Both the position numbers and the translations under genes were made by a program. A DNA stretch of 64,000 bases from contig NC_068992.1 of NCBI RefSeq assembly GCF_001194135.2, positions 51,969,922-52,033,921 on the forward strand, in the 5' to 3' direction. The stretch is from Octopus bimaculoides. Its lineage: Eukaryota. Below the pieces are notes generated by a model. The model was not told the DNA's origin. It saw nothing but the letters and a program-made list of their open reading frames with translations, and searched no databases. Numbering within the stretch: position 1 is the stretch's first letter; every line of letters begins with the position of its first letter. Positions 40,196 to 51,676 of the stretch are shown in pieces.

Positions 40196-41244
40196 GTACA
40201 TATATGTTTATATACCAAACATTAAAAAGAAGAATGGAGAATTATACATCCCCAAAAACTTGTTTATTACAGTATTATATAGGGTGTATTCACTTTAAAT
40301 CTCAGTCCAACATGTGTTTCTAAAGTATAGATATCCTAAGACATGACATTTTATTGCACTTTGTTGGTTCAATCGCATTATAAATTCAGCCAGGGTATAC
40401 ATATCCCTGCAGCTGTATTCAAGTTGTTACCACAATGGGTTTTTGAAGTGAACTGAAGAGTTCAGTGCTTGATAGTCTTATTCTAAGTATAATATTGGTG
40501 GCAAGTAGAGGTGCAATGGCCCAGTGGTTAGGGCAATCTCACATTTGCTCTGCCCCTAGTTATTACAAAGTTTAAAAATTTAGGAAAAAAGGTGTAAAAA
40601 ATGCCAGGCTTAAAAAAAATGACCTGGGGTCTATTTGTTGTATCAAAATTCTTCAAGGTGATGCCCAAGCATGATTGCGGTCTGATCACTAAAACAAGTC
40701 TGCTGAGTGTGTTTGTTCCTCCTTGCTTTCACATTATAAGATAGTTGTAAATGAGTGTCACCTTCATATAAGTGGTATCGTTCATTTCCAATCTGCAATG
40801 AAAACATGTCCAGCCATGGGAAAATTTTGCCTTGCTTGAAACAAGTGAGGTCTGGTGATAGAAAAGGCACCCAGCTGTAGAAAATCTGTGTGAACACTTT
40901 CTCTCAAACCTATGATGGTGATGACTCCAATGTTCCTACCTTTTGTCTACAAACCAACTTCCTGATATAATTTCCTCTGATTTAGTTTGTTCCTGTAGAA
41001 TGTTCTGTAGTTTGCTAAAATTTGATGCCTTCAGATTTGACAAAGTGCGAAATTAAATTTCATTCTATCTTCTTAGAGAAAAATCTGGATTTTAGTTATT
41101 TACTATTTACTGTTGTAATTGCCAATAAATGCTAATTGTTTTTTTAGAAAAAATTAAAATATAAATAATTAATTTGTTTCACTGCGTGTTAGTAATCATA
41201 ATCATTGCTTGTTTAAGAATGCTGTTTAATATTATCCTCCAAGC

Positions 41245-41460
41245 TTAAGATGGCAAGCTGTCAAAATTGTTAGCCTGCAGGGCAAAGTGCTTAGTGACAT
41301 TTCATCTGTCTTTACATTCTGAGTTCAAATTCTGCCAGGGGCAACTTTGCCTTTCATCCTTTCACAGTCGATAAAATAAGTACCAGTTTAACTCTGGGGT
41401 CGATATAATTGACTTAGCTCCTTCGCTGAAATTGCAGACCTTGTGCCAAAATTTGAAGTC
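41245..41460 (+). mobile_element. SINE family C with 17-bp target-site duplication
   Basis: AATATTATCCTCCAAGC at 41228-41244 and again at 41461-41477. Confidence 0.88.
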
Positions 41461-41664
41461 AATATTATCCTCCAAGCCTCAATGATTACAGGTACAGTAA
41501 TTTGAGACCTCTATTTCAAGGTCCTTGATTTGCTTAACTTTTTAAATACTTTTACAGAAATCTGGCAGGCTGATTGACATATCGATGAGCAAACATGTCT
41601 TGTCAATGTGATTTTTCATCACCGTATCTGTCTATTGGTCTGCATTAATCAATCAGTGTGAATA

Positions 41665-42011
41665 CTGACAACTGGCACTCTGTCGGATATGACGACAAGG
41701 GTTCCACTTGATCTGAACAATAGAACAGCCTGCTTATGAAATTAACGTGTTGATCACTCCACAAATATGTGAAGTTAATGTGGTTGAGCACATGTGTACC
41801 CTTAACGTAGTTCTTGGGGAGATCCCTTGTGACACAGATTGTGAAAAGGCTGGCCCTCTGGAATACAAGTACTATTCATTTTACCAGCTAATCGGACTGG
41901 AGAAGTTTGAAATATAGTGTTTTGCTCAAGGACACAATACATCACCAGGAATTGAACTCATGACCTTATTATCATGAGCCAAGTACCCTAAACATTAGGC
42001 CACGTGCCTTC
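41665..42011 (-). mobile_element. SINE family D
   Basis: Reverse complement of 14799-15094 (GCTCAAGGACACAA...GGAATTGAACTCATGACC...ACCCTAAAC). Confidence 0.78.
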
Positions 42012-42022
42012 AGGTGATGTCT

Positions 42023-42368
42023 TTATTACATCCTCCTTAGCGAAGGCAAAGGTATTGTTTCAGTTGTGTTTGTTAGTCTTTGGACAAGATTTCTCAAGAA
42101 CCGCAGGATGGATTCGGATGAAACTTTCAGAGATGGTTGGCCTCATGACTGGCATGAACTGATTAGACTTGGTGACCGATTTGGATTATATTTCCTGTTT
42201 TTTACTTAAGTTTAGAGAGCGGTTTGTTTCATTTTTAGTATTCTTGTTTGTAAGACCAGTCGAGTTTATTTCAGATATTCTCATTTTAAAAATCATTTCT
42301 GGCTAATCATTGTGAGGACGTTGGTGCTGCCTTGGCAGAGGTTTGCCCTCTCTGAGTGCTCTTGCTTT
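42023..42368 (+). mobile_element. Helentron-type non-autonomous element (HINE/DINE-like), apparently complete
   Basis: 5' TTATTAC..CCTCCTTAGCGAAGG. 3' CCTTGGCAGAGGTTTGCCCTCTCTGAGTGCTCTTGCTTT: subterminal inverted repeat, short stem and T end, as in Helentron-associated elements. Confidence 0.7.
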
Positions 42369-44030
42369 CTCCTACTTTGGTAGGTTTATGTTGATCCTTT
42401 TCACAGCAAATCATCATCCTAACATACTTTCTCCTGCTTCAGTATGTTTCTCTAGAACATTCAGTAGTTAACTAAAATCTGATACCTTCAGATTTCTCAT
42501 AGTGAGAAATTAAATTTTATTATATTTTTACTACAAAATCTGGATTTTTGTTATTTACTCTCTACTCTCGTAATTGCCTTTAAATACTAATTATGTTTTA
42601 ATATCAAAAAATTTAACATAAATAATTAATTTGTTTCACTCTGCGTTAGTAATCAAAATCATTACTTGTTTTTAAAAAGCAATGTTCTAATCATTAGTTG
42701 TTTTGTTGAAATGATGTTACAAGTTTTGCTGAAATAATGTTAAAATACTGTCATTAGATTTTAATGCTTCTTCCTCGAAGCTAAATAATCAGGATTCTCT
42801 AAATGTTGTTTTTTAGTCTAGAGATTGGATTAGTTAAAAACAAATTACAAAAGTATAGTCATATATTTTTATCAGTTGTTTTTTTTTTTAATATTTCAAC
42901 AAATTCTTTATATTTTTATGACAGTATTATACTGTTTAAAATCTAGTTACATACATAATTTTGAGTAAAGATTTTAAAAATATTTGCGATAAAAAAACAA
43001 AAAAACTAGGAAAAGAAAACTTTACCACATATAAAAACATTCTTAATTATGTCTCTAGGTAATAATTTGAATATAATTATGTAATAGAATATTAAGTAAT
43101 GAATATGTTTTTGAAGATCTCAAGATGGTACAGCAAAAGATAGTAAAGTATATATCTTAAATATCAAGTAGTTTACTATCTTTGACAAGACTAGTATATA
43201 TATNNNNNNNNNNNNNNNNNNNNNNNNNNNNNNNNNNNNNNNNNNNNNNNNNNNNNNNNNNNNNNNNNNNNNNNNNNNNNNNNNNNNNNNNNNNNNNNNN
43301 NNNNNNNNNNNNNNNNNNNNNNNNNNNNNNNNNNNNNNNNNNNNNNNNNNNNNNNNNNNNNNNNNNNNNNNNNNNNNNNNNNNNNNNNNNNNNNNNNNNN
43401 NNNNNNNNNNNNNNNNNNNNNNNNNNNNNNNNNNNNNNNNNNNNNNNNNNNNNNNNNNNNNNNNNNNNNNNNNNNNNNNNNNNNNNNNNNNNNNNNNNNN
43501 NNNNNNNNNNNNNNNNNNNNNNNNNNNNNNNNNNNNNNNNNNNNNNNNNNNNNNNNNNNNNNNNNNNNNNNNNNNNNNNNNNNNNNNNNNNNNNNNNNNN
43601 NNNNNNNNNNNNNNNNNNNNNNNNNNNNNNNNNNNNNNNNNNNNNNNNNNNNNNNNNNNNNNNNNNNNNNNNNNNNNNNNNNNNNNNNNNNNNNNNNNNN
43701 NNNNNNNNNNNNNNNNNNNNNNATATATATATATATATATACACATATATATATATAGATATTCATGAAACACAGACAAAAGTCAATATGTTTCACTTAT
43801 GATGAACTAGTTGCTGTTAATAAGTAAATAAAACTTTGAAGCCATGAAGTTTATATTTCACGATCAGAACTGTCGAAGCATGGAAGAAACCATCATTTTA
43901 GCTGTTAATTCTCAGGGCAGTGTGTCCTTCAAAAAAAATTCTGAAATGCCTATGTGCCCAATCCTCTCTATGGCTCTTTCACTATTTATTTTTCTACCTT
44001 GAGGCTTATCTTGTGTACTATATTTGTACG

Positions 44031-44400
44031 TTTACTTGTTTCATTCATTTAACTGTGGCCATGCTGGAGCAAGTCGACCCCAGGACTTATTCTTTGTAAG
44101 CCTAGTACTTATTCTATCAGTCTCTTATGCCGAACCACCAATTTACGGGGACCTAAACACACCAGCATCGGTTGTCAAGCGATGTTGGGGGGACAAATAC
44201 AGACACACAAACACACATACACATATATATATACATATATATACGACGGGCTTCTTTCAGTTTCTGTCTACCAAATCCACTTACAAGGCTTTGGTTGGCC
44301 CGAGGCTATAGTAGAAGACACTTGCCCAAGGTGCCACGCAGTGGGACTGAACCCAGAACTATGTGGATTGTAAGCAAGCTACTTACCACACAGCCACTCC
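44031..44400 (-). mobile_element. SINE family A, near full length
   Basis: 3' body, internal (AC/AT)n and head ...GCAAGCTACTTACCACACAGCCACTCC. Confidence 0.9.
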
Positions 44401-44826
44401 TGATCATCTTTTCATCAACAATAGGATTACTGGCCATTCTAGGCTATTCCCCTTACTTTCTGATCTATTTTTGAAGTTCTGAGATTCCCTTTCCAAGGCT
44501 TCTGCTCTTATTTCTTTTACTTCCACAATGGATCCCTCTGTTTCATTTATCCGTGCCTCAGTCTCAGTCGTCTATCAGTGAGATGAGTAAAATTGACACA
44601 AAAAGATGCAGAGAGTAATTAGGTTTGTGACGTGCTCACAACAGCCCCATCAGAGACTAAAGCAGCATAAGCAGTTCAAAGCATATATACAAGTCTTTAT
44701 TTGATTTACTGATTTTTATATCACGTTAATAAAAGCTTATTATAAATTGTTTATGCTGCATATAAATTATATAGCATGGTGAATTTTTTCTTTTTTGTTT
44801 TTTGGCACATAAAATACACCATTTTG

Positions 44827-45095
44827 AGTGTGGCTGTTGCCAGTACTGCCTGACTGGCCTTCGTGCGGGTGACACATAAAAGCACCCACTACACTCTCTG
44901 AGTGGTTGGCGTTAGGAAGGGCATCCAGCTGTANNNNNNNNNNTTAGGAAGGGCATCCAGCTGTAGAAACTCTGCCAAATCAGATTGGAGCCTGGTGTAG
45001 CCATCTGGTTTCACCAGTCCTCAGTCAAATTGTCGAACCCATGCTGGCATGGAAAGCGGACATTAAACGACGATGATGATGATGATGATGATGAT
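44827..45095 (+). mobile_element. RTE-type LINE 3' end with (GAT)n tail (contains a 10-N gap)
   Basis: GAGTGGTTGGCGTTAGGAAGGGCATCCAGCTGTAG...GGAAAGCGGACATTAAACGACGATGATGAT. Confidence 0.85.
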
Positions 45096-45871
45096 ATTTT
45101 GTTTTCCTTTGTTACAGTAAATTGATACATATGTTATAAGTTTTCTCTGAGCCCTATCCATGTAACAGAGAGGTTACTGACACGAAATATAAAGCTTACA
45201 ACCATTCTGTCAAGTTATAAAGTGCAAATGCCATAAAAACTAATTATGATTTAGCTTTTCAATTTTAAACTGGAAAACCATTGTATAGCTGTTTCTAAAT
45301 AAAACTCCATATTTTCTTGCATTGGGAATCTATAGAAAAGTCTAATGGGATATGAATCTTTGTGAAGTGTTTATTAATATAAAGGGAAGCAAAATTTCTA
45401 ACAAAAATTGCTAACCAAATAAGATGAAGCAACTTTAAAAACAAGAGACAGATAATGAATATTTAATTAAGCATGAAACTTTATGCAGAGTCTTAATCAC
45501 TGACTACAAACTAACTGTTTGCGTGAGAAAGAAAAAAAAAAGTAATTGAAATTTTGTGATTATCATAGTAAAATAAATGGAAGAAAAGTGGTGGTGGTGG
45601 TGGTAGGTCTGAAGTTTCATGTTCGGTGAATGAACTTAGTGTATAATGGAATTCAATGAAGTAGTATCTGTATGCAGGATTAAAACAACATAAATCAATG
45701 AGAAAGAAAAGTGATATAAAACAAGCAAGGATAATAAACAGAAGCAATGTTCTGAGTTCAGGCTGAGAAATATTAACAAAAGTTAATTTTTGTAGACATT
45801 TACAAAAAAATAATCATTTTCAACTGCAATTAACAATTAGCTTCTGCACAACACTTCGTTTTTTTGCCATT

Positions 45872-46110
45872 CATCTTTTACTTGTTTCAGTTGTTATACT
45901 GTGGCCATGCTGGTGCACTGCCTTGAAGAATTTATTGTCGTATGTATTGACCCCCAGTACATTATTAGTATTTTTTTTTTACAATGCCTGGTACTTATAC
46001 TATCAATCTCTTTTGCTGAACTGCTAAGTTACAGGGACATAAACACACTAACACTTATTGTCAAGTCGTGATGGGCGACAAATACAGACACAACGACACA
46101 CACACATAGA
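45872..46110 (-). mobile_element. SINE family A, 3' half
   Basis: TTTTACTTGTTTCAG...GGCCATGCTGG...GGGACATAAACACAC...GACAAATACAGACAC. Confidence 0.75.
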
Positions 46111-46192
46111 TATACACATATGCATATATATTTATATATGTGTATATATATATAAATGGATAGATAGATATACATATATATACATACATATA

Positions 46193-46490
46193 TCATCATC
46201 ATCATCGTTTAACGTCCACTTTCCATGCTAGTATGGGTTGGACGATTTGACTGAGGACTGGTGAAACCGGATGGCAACACCAGGCTCCAGTCTGATTTGG
46301 CAGAGTTTCTACAGCTGGATGCCCTTCCTAACGCCAACCACTCAGAGAGTGTAGTGGGTGCTTTTACGTGTCACCCGCACGAAAACGGCCACGCTCGAAA
46401 TGGTGTCTTTTATGTGTCACCCGCACAAGCCAGTCCAGGGGCACTGGCAACGATCTCGCTCGAAAATCCTACAGGAGCCAGTCAGGCGGT
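46193..46490 (-). mobile_element. RTE-type LINE 3' end, young copy running into a gap
   Basis: (CAT)n-CGTTTAACGTCC... plus internal subrepeats GTGCTTTTACGTGTCACCCGCAC. Confidence 0.88.
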
Positions 46491-47080
46491 NNNNNNNNNN
46501 NNNNNNNNNNNNNNNNNNNNNNNNNNNNNNNNNNNNNNNNNNNNNNNNNNNNNNNNNNNNNNNNNNNNNNNNNNNNNNNNNNNNNNNNNNNNNNNNNNNN
46601 NNNNNNNNNNNNNNNNNNNNNNNNNNNNNNNNNNNNNNNNNNNNNNNNNNNNNNNNNNNNNNNNNNNNNNNNNNNNNNNNNNNNNNNNNNNNNNNNNNNN
46701 NNNNNNNNNNNNNNNNNNNNNNNNNNNNNNNNNNNNNNNNNNNNNNNNNNNNNNNNNNNNNNNNNNNNNNNNNNNNNNNNNNNNNNNNNNNNNNNNNNNN
46801 NNNNNNNNNNNNNNNNNNNNNNNNNNNNNNNNNNNNNNNNNNNNNNNNNNNNNNNNNNNNNNNNNNNNNNNNNNNNNNNNNNNNNNNNNNNNNNNNNNNN
46901 NNNNNNNNNNNNNNNNNNNNNNNNNNNNNNNNNNNNNNNNNNNNNNNNNNNNNNNNNNNNNNNNNNNNNNNNNNNNNNNNNNNNNNNNNNNNNNNNNNNN
47001 NNNNNNNNNNNNNNNNNNNNNNNNNNNNNNNNNNNNNNNNNNNNNNNNNNNNNNNNNNTATATATATATATATATATATA

Positions 47081-47927
47081 CAGGGTGTGATAGATAAATT
47101 GTCACCATTTCATGTTTTTAATTTTGCACATGCACATTGTCTGTTTTTGATTTTGTCCCCTACACAGTGTAGTAGGGTCAGTTGGGTACTATCTGTGAGC
47201 AAAGCAGTACCACGATGCAATGCCTCTGCCAGAAATTTGGAAATGACATGCTGTACTACTTGGCATTCATACTGGAAGCTTCAGTACGAACATTTCAGAG
47301 TGTTTGGGTGTCAATATGAGGACATGTACCGAGAGTGATAAAAATGAAACCTACAGCCAACATCATGGTGTTTGGAGTGATCACTAGTGATGGCAATGTT
47401 ATGCCTATGTTCGTCTTCCCACACAACCTCAGACTCAACACGGAGACCTAAATCGAGGAGAGAGTGCTGCTCTGGGTCAAGAAGGTGGCTGCTGGAAGAC
47501 CCTATGTCTGGCAACAGGACTCTGCACCATGCCTCACAAGCAGGGGAACCCAGTCATGGGCTATCAGACAATTTCTGTTACCACATCACCTCTAGCATCT
47601 GGCCACTTAACTCCCCAACCTGCAAACCCCTTGATTATTATATGTGGAGCACAGGTGAGTGAGAGATCGACAAAACTCATTGTAACACCAAAGATGAACT
47701 GAAGGCAAGGATTATGGCAGCATTCATCAGCTTAAACAAGGAGAGCATCCAGAAGAATTGAAGTCATCTGGGGCCATGGTTGAAGCGAATGGCGATTTTA
47801 TTGAATAAATTTACTCTAGCATTTCAAGATATTTTAATGTAATTTTGGTAAATATATGTCAAAATGAGATGTCAGTGCTAATTTAATTTTTGCATAATTT
47901 AGACAACAGTTTATTCACTGCACCCTG
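47081..47927 (+). mobile_element. Internally deleted DD37D (maT-like) Tc1/mariner transposon
   Basis: TA|CAGGGTG...CACCCTG termini. Fragments MPLPEIWK, IMVFGVITSDG and VWQQDSAPCLTSRGTQSW/LSDNFCYHITSSIWPLNSPTCKPLDYYMW give 37 residues between the 2nd and 3rd catalytic D after correcting one frameshift. Confidence 0.88.
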
Positions 47928-47937
47928 TGTGTGTATA

Positions 47938-48092
47938 TACGATGGGATTCTTTCAGTTTCTGTCTACCAAATCCATACTCAAAGCTTTGGTTGACCTGAG
48001 GCCATAATAGAAGAACCTTCCCAAGGTGCCATGCAGTGAGACTGAACCTGGAATCATGTAATTGGGAAGTAAGCTTCTTACCACACAGCCAC
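47938..48092 (-). mobile_element. SINE family A, 5' half
   Basis: GGATTCTTTCAGTTTCTGTCTACCAAATCC...GCTTCTTACCACACAGCCAC. Confidence 0.8.
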
Positions 48093-49259
48093 GATGTTAA
48101 AAAAATTTATTTTTGTAGACTCTTATAAAAAAATAATCATTTTCAGCTGTAATTAACAATTAGCTTCTGTGAAACGCTTCTATATAACATTTCTGTGGAA
48201 CTTTTATCCATCAAACAGCGAGAATAAAATTGTTGGATATATCTGTAATGTAAACGTAATGATTTTAGAATGTAGCTGAGTTGTGAGGATAACTTCGATT
48301 TGAAGCATGTGTTTTGAATGCAATGGATGAAAGTCAGATATGAATGAATGATGAGGATACATGGTGGAAGTGAAAAGACAGGAAATAGCTAAAATTCTAA
48401 TAGTTAATCTGACAAGTTAGCTTGTCAGCAATGGCCAAAGAATGCTAAAGCCCTTGCTAAGCAGGACTATAAAGATAAGCTTTAGATTATGCTGTTGATA
48501 TTCAGTTTGAACTTGTGCAACTCAGTGGATGGTGATAACTCATAGGAGAGGAGATATTAGGGAGAGATCCAAATCTTAAGAAGAAAAGTTGATTGAAGAA
48601 TTTAATATGTTAATTTAATATAACAATGTAACAAAACTATAACAACCCACTTCGATCCAGAGCAGAGAAAACAATTTCGTGCAGACCTCACAAGTTTTTT
48701 AAAAACTTCATACAGACTCGACATTTATTACAGACATACACACATGCACACACACACATACATACATACATGCATCTGTCAACACTGTCAAGACCAGAAA
48801 TTGAATCTTGACATTATGGTCATGAGCTAAAGACTAACCACTAGGCCACACATCTTCACCCCCCCCCCACCTCACCATATATATTTCGGTACAAAAACAT
48901 AGTGGTTGTGGTGGTGGTGGTGGAAATGGCACCAGTTGCTTCCAATCAGAGCAATCAAAATATTCTTCCATTTGGCTTTTCTGTTACCATTACTATCTGT
49001 TCGTTAAAACTCCTCATAACAGTATTTGCTGTTTTTTACACACTTCTTTTTTTAATCCTGACATTACAAGAAGCAAGATTTGAACTCACATCCACAGAAC
49101 CAAAAGTGATACATCAGGAAGAAAATCCAAATATAAATACTCTACCTTAAGCAGAACATATAAACAAGACACCGAACTTTGACCTACCTGCAAGTAAGAA
49201 CTGGTTAGGTATATGAAAATTCATCCCCCTCGTAACATGGAAAGCAAATGGAAAAACAA

Positions 49260-49390
49260 TGGCGGCAATGACGACAAGGATGACAAGGATGACAATGATG
49301 ACAACTGTGATGATGATGACAAAAGTAATGGTGTTGACATGGAAAATGACAATAGCAATGATGACAACGAAGACAATGATGATGATAACA
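49260..49390. repeat. (GAT/GAC)n degenerate trinucleotide tract
   Basis: Direct reading; it explains the D/N-rich and M/T-rich ORFs. Confidence 0.88.
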
Positions 49391-49949
49391 TGTACAGATC
49401 TCTCTGGCAGCTTCATTCTAGATACATTGTTTAACACAACAATCACCCTTTATATATCAGCTTTCCAACATATAAACAGACTCTGTTCACACACTTTGAC
49501 AGTGTTAAGCTTTTTAATATGTGAGCGTACACCTATATTTACACACACACTGGCACACACATATGCATACAAACACACGCGTATATACGTGAGTGTAAAT
49601 GTATTGCTTCTAGTCTTTCATTTATGGAGTTATTTTTGTATGAACGCAAAATATGTTTCAATTTTTTTAATACAAAAACAATCAAATGCTTTATTTTTCT
49701 GAATTTATCTCTTCACATGCAGCCAATCAAATGCTTCTTCTTTTTCTCTCCATTTCCTGAGTATTTCTTTAAACAGTTCCAAATTTCAGTGTTATTGTTT
49801 GACAACCAGAGTTATGAAATTTAAAACTTGCATCAATAATAAAATATATTTTGATAGTGAACATGCAGCATATCTCAATATGTATGGGTCTGTATGTGTG
49901 CTGCATGTTTATATACATATACACGTATAACCATATATACATGCATACA

Positions 49950-50100
49950 TAGAGTTGAAATTTACAGAAAATCAAAAAACGAAGACAATTGTATAAACAA
50001 TAAGCAGGTGTATTAATTTGATGGTCGGGAAGGTGAGAAAGTCTTTTACGTTTCGATCCTTTGCTCTTCAAAAGAAAGGAACACGAGGAAATAAACAGAG
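49950..50100 (-). mobile_element. Penelope-like terminal-repeat relic with decayed hammerhead-like motif
   Basis: Minus strand reads CTTTTGA-A-GAGC-AAAG-GATC-GAAAC-GT, versus the PLE-type hammerhead layout CTGANGA-A-stem II-GAAAC. Confidence 0.45.
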
Positions 50101-50153
<53 letters not shown>

Positions 50154-50806
50154 GGTGCGTGCCATCAGTAATTACTCAGGGTAGGCAGTTGGCAATATTT
50201 TTGTAAAAAAACGCACAAAAAAATAAGCGAAACACAGATACACGACTGAGTTGAAGGCAGATCTATTTCTGCATTTATAGCACATAAAGAAAACGGTGTT
50301 GTAGAAATGTACACAGTTTGTGTACTACAGCAGTACTATGCATAGCTTAAATAGTGAGACTGGAAAGCAGCGGAAAATTATGCCTACCTAATCTACAAAA
50401 ACATAAAACAATTTGCATTTTATGCATAGTAATCAGAGTAACCTTCATAATTTTATTGAATAAGGGCATATTTTGCCATGAGAGAAAAATATTGCTATCA
50501 ATCTAGGCAGCATGTCTCTGGTATATATATATATATATATAACCGAAAAATTAGCATCTAACAGTGTTTAGGCATAAGCAAAATTTAGGTTATTTGAAAT
50601 ATATTTGTGACATATCTCAACTGCTAAAAGGTAAATACACTGCAGTTATCATAGATAAAATGTTCCTCTTTTAGCAAAAAAAAAAACCGTGGAAACACCC
50701 TAACTGTTCAGTGTTGCCATCTATCAGGAATCTCAGACAACGATGTTTCTTGCTCGTTGGCTTTTATAAATGGGAGGTACAAAAGAGAGACAACTCTGAA
50801 CAAGTC

Positions 50807-51173
50807 TGTAGTGACGCCGTGCGCATGCGTAGTCTCACGCATGCGTGGAATTAAACAAGCAAGCGTTCCCGCTTAATTCTATCTCTTTTACGGTCGGCCG
50901 ACCATGAGCACGGACGTGTCAAGAGTGTCTCTAATACTCCAACCCGGAGACAGTCTCTTTACGTGTTAAGCTGTCTCTCTACATCTTTCGGACTTACACT
51001 CGACAGCTCGCTTGCAACTACATACCCACGTCCAAACAACTATGCTCACACACAACAGAAGCTGTAACAGCAAGAACTAAAGATGTATATATTTACCACC
51101 TGAATAAAGTGTTGTTTAAGTTGATAGTCTGGAGTTCAGCGTTCGTTATATTCTTTAATTTTATAGTAGGACA
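50807..51173 (+). mobile_element. CpG-rich solo-LTR-like insert (alternatively a promoter-like island)
   Basis: Starts TGTAGTG, is unusually CpG-rich, has AATAAA at 51103-08 followed by a GT/T-rich tract, and ends ...GGACA. The TSD is not clean. Confidence 0.45.
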
Positions 51174-51475
51174 GTCAAGTATACATCTAAAGATGTATAA
51201 CCCACTTTCTACTAAAAGTCCTATAAATTATAGTTAATGTTGTTGACTGATTTCTGCTGGTAGATTGCTCGACCATGGAAATTACTGAAAAATTAGTACC
51301 CAGCAGTGTTTAGACAAAAGCTGTTATATTGTCCTCTCTAGTACAGTACTATCTCTTAGGCTCACCATGCATATGCAACAGAAATTAGTCATAAGAAACA
51401 CTACAATACTAAAAAAAACAAAATTAGAAAAATACAAGTGGATAATACATAAAATTCCTTACAAAGGTTAATAAT

Positions 51476-51676
51476 CCTTTCTACCATAGGCATAAGGCCT
51501 GAAATTTGGGGGAAGGGATTGTCAATTTTATCGATCCCCACTGGTAGTTAATTTATTGAACCCAAAAGGATGAAAGGCAAAGTTGACCTTGGCAGAATTT
51601 GAACTCAGAATGAAGCGACAAGTGAAATACCAAGAAGTATTTCATCCAATGTGCTAACAATTCCGCCAGCTCACAG
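51476..51676 (-). mobile_element. SINE family C with 19-bp target-site duplication
   Basis: CCTTACAAAGGTTAATAAT at 51457-51475 and again at 51677-51695. Confidence 0.88.

Noticed and set aside
44913-44966. Apparent tandem duplication TTAGGAAGGGCATCCAGCTGTA
   Set aside because: The copies flank a 10-N gap; this is an unmerged contig overlap.
46261-46490. Protein-like start MKPDGNTRLQSDLAEF...
   Set aside because: It is the antisense reading of the RTE 3' UTR repeat found several times in the window.
19480-47338. Long ORFs in the supplied track containing X runs (near 19.5, 22.3, 24, 37.7, 40, 43.2 and 46.5 kb)
   Set aside because: They are open only because N gaps and (TA)n/(TG)n tracts contain no stop codons.
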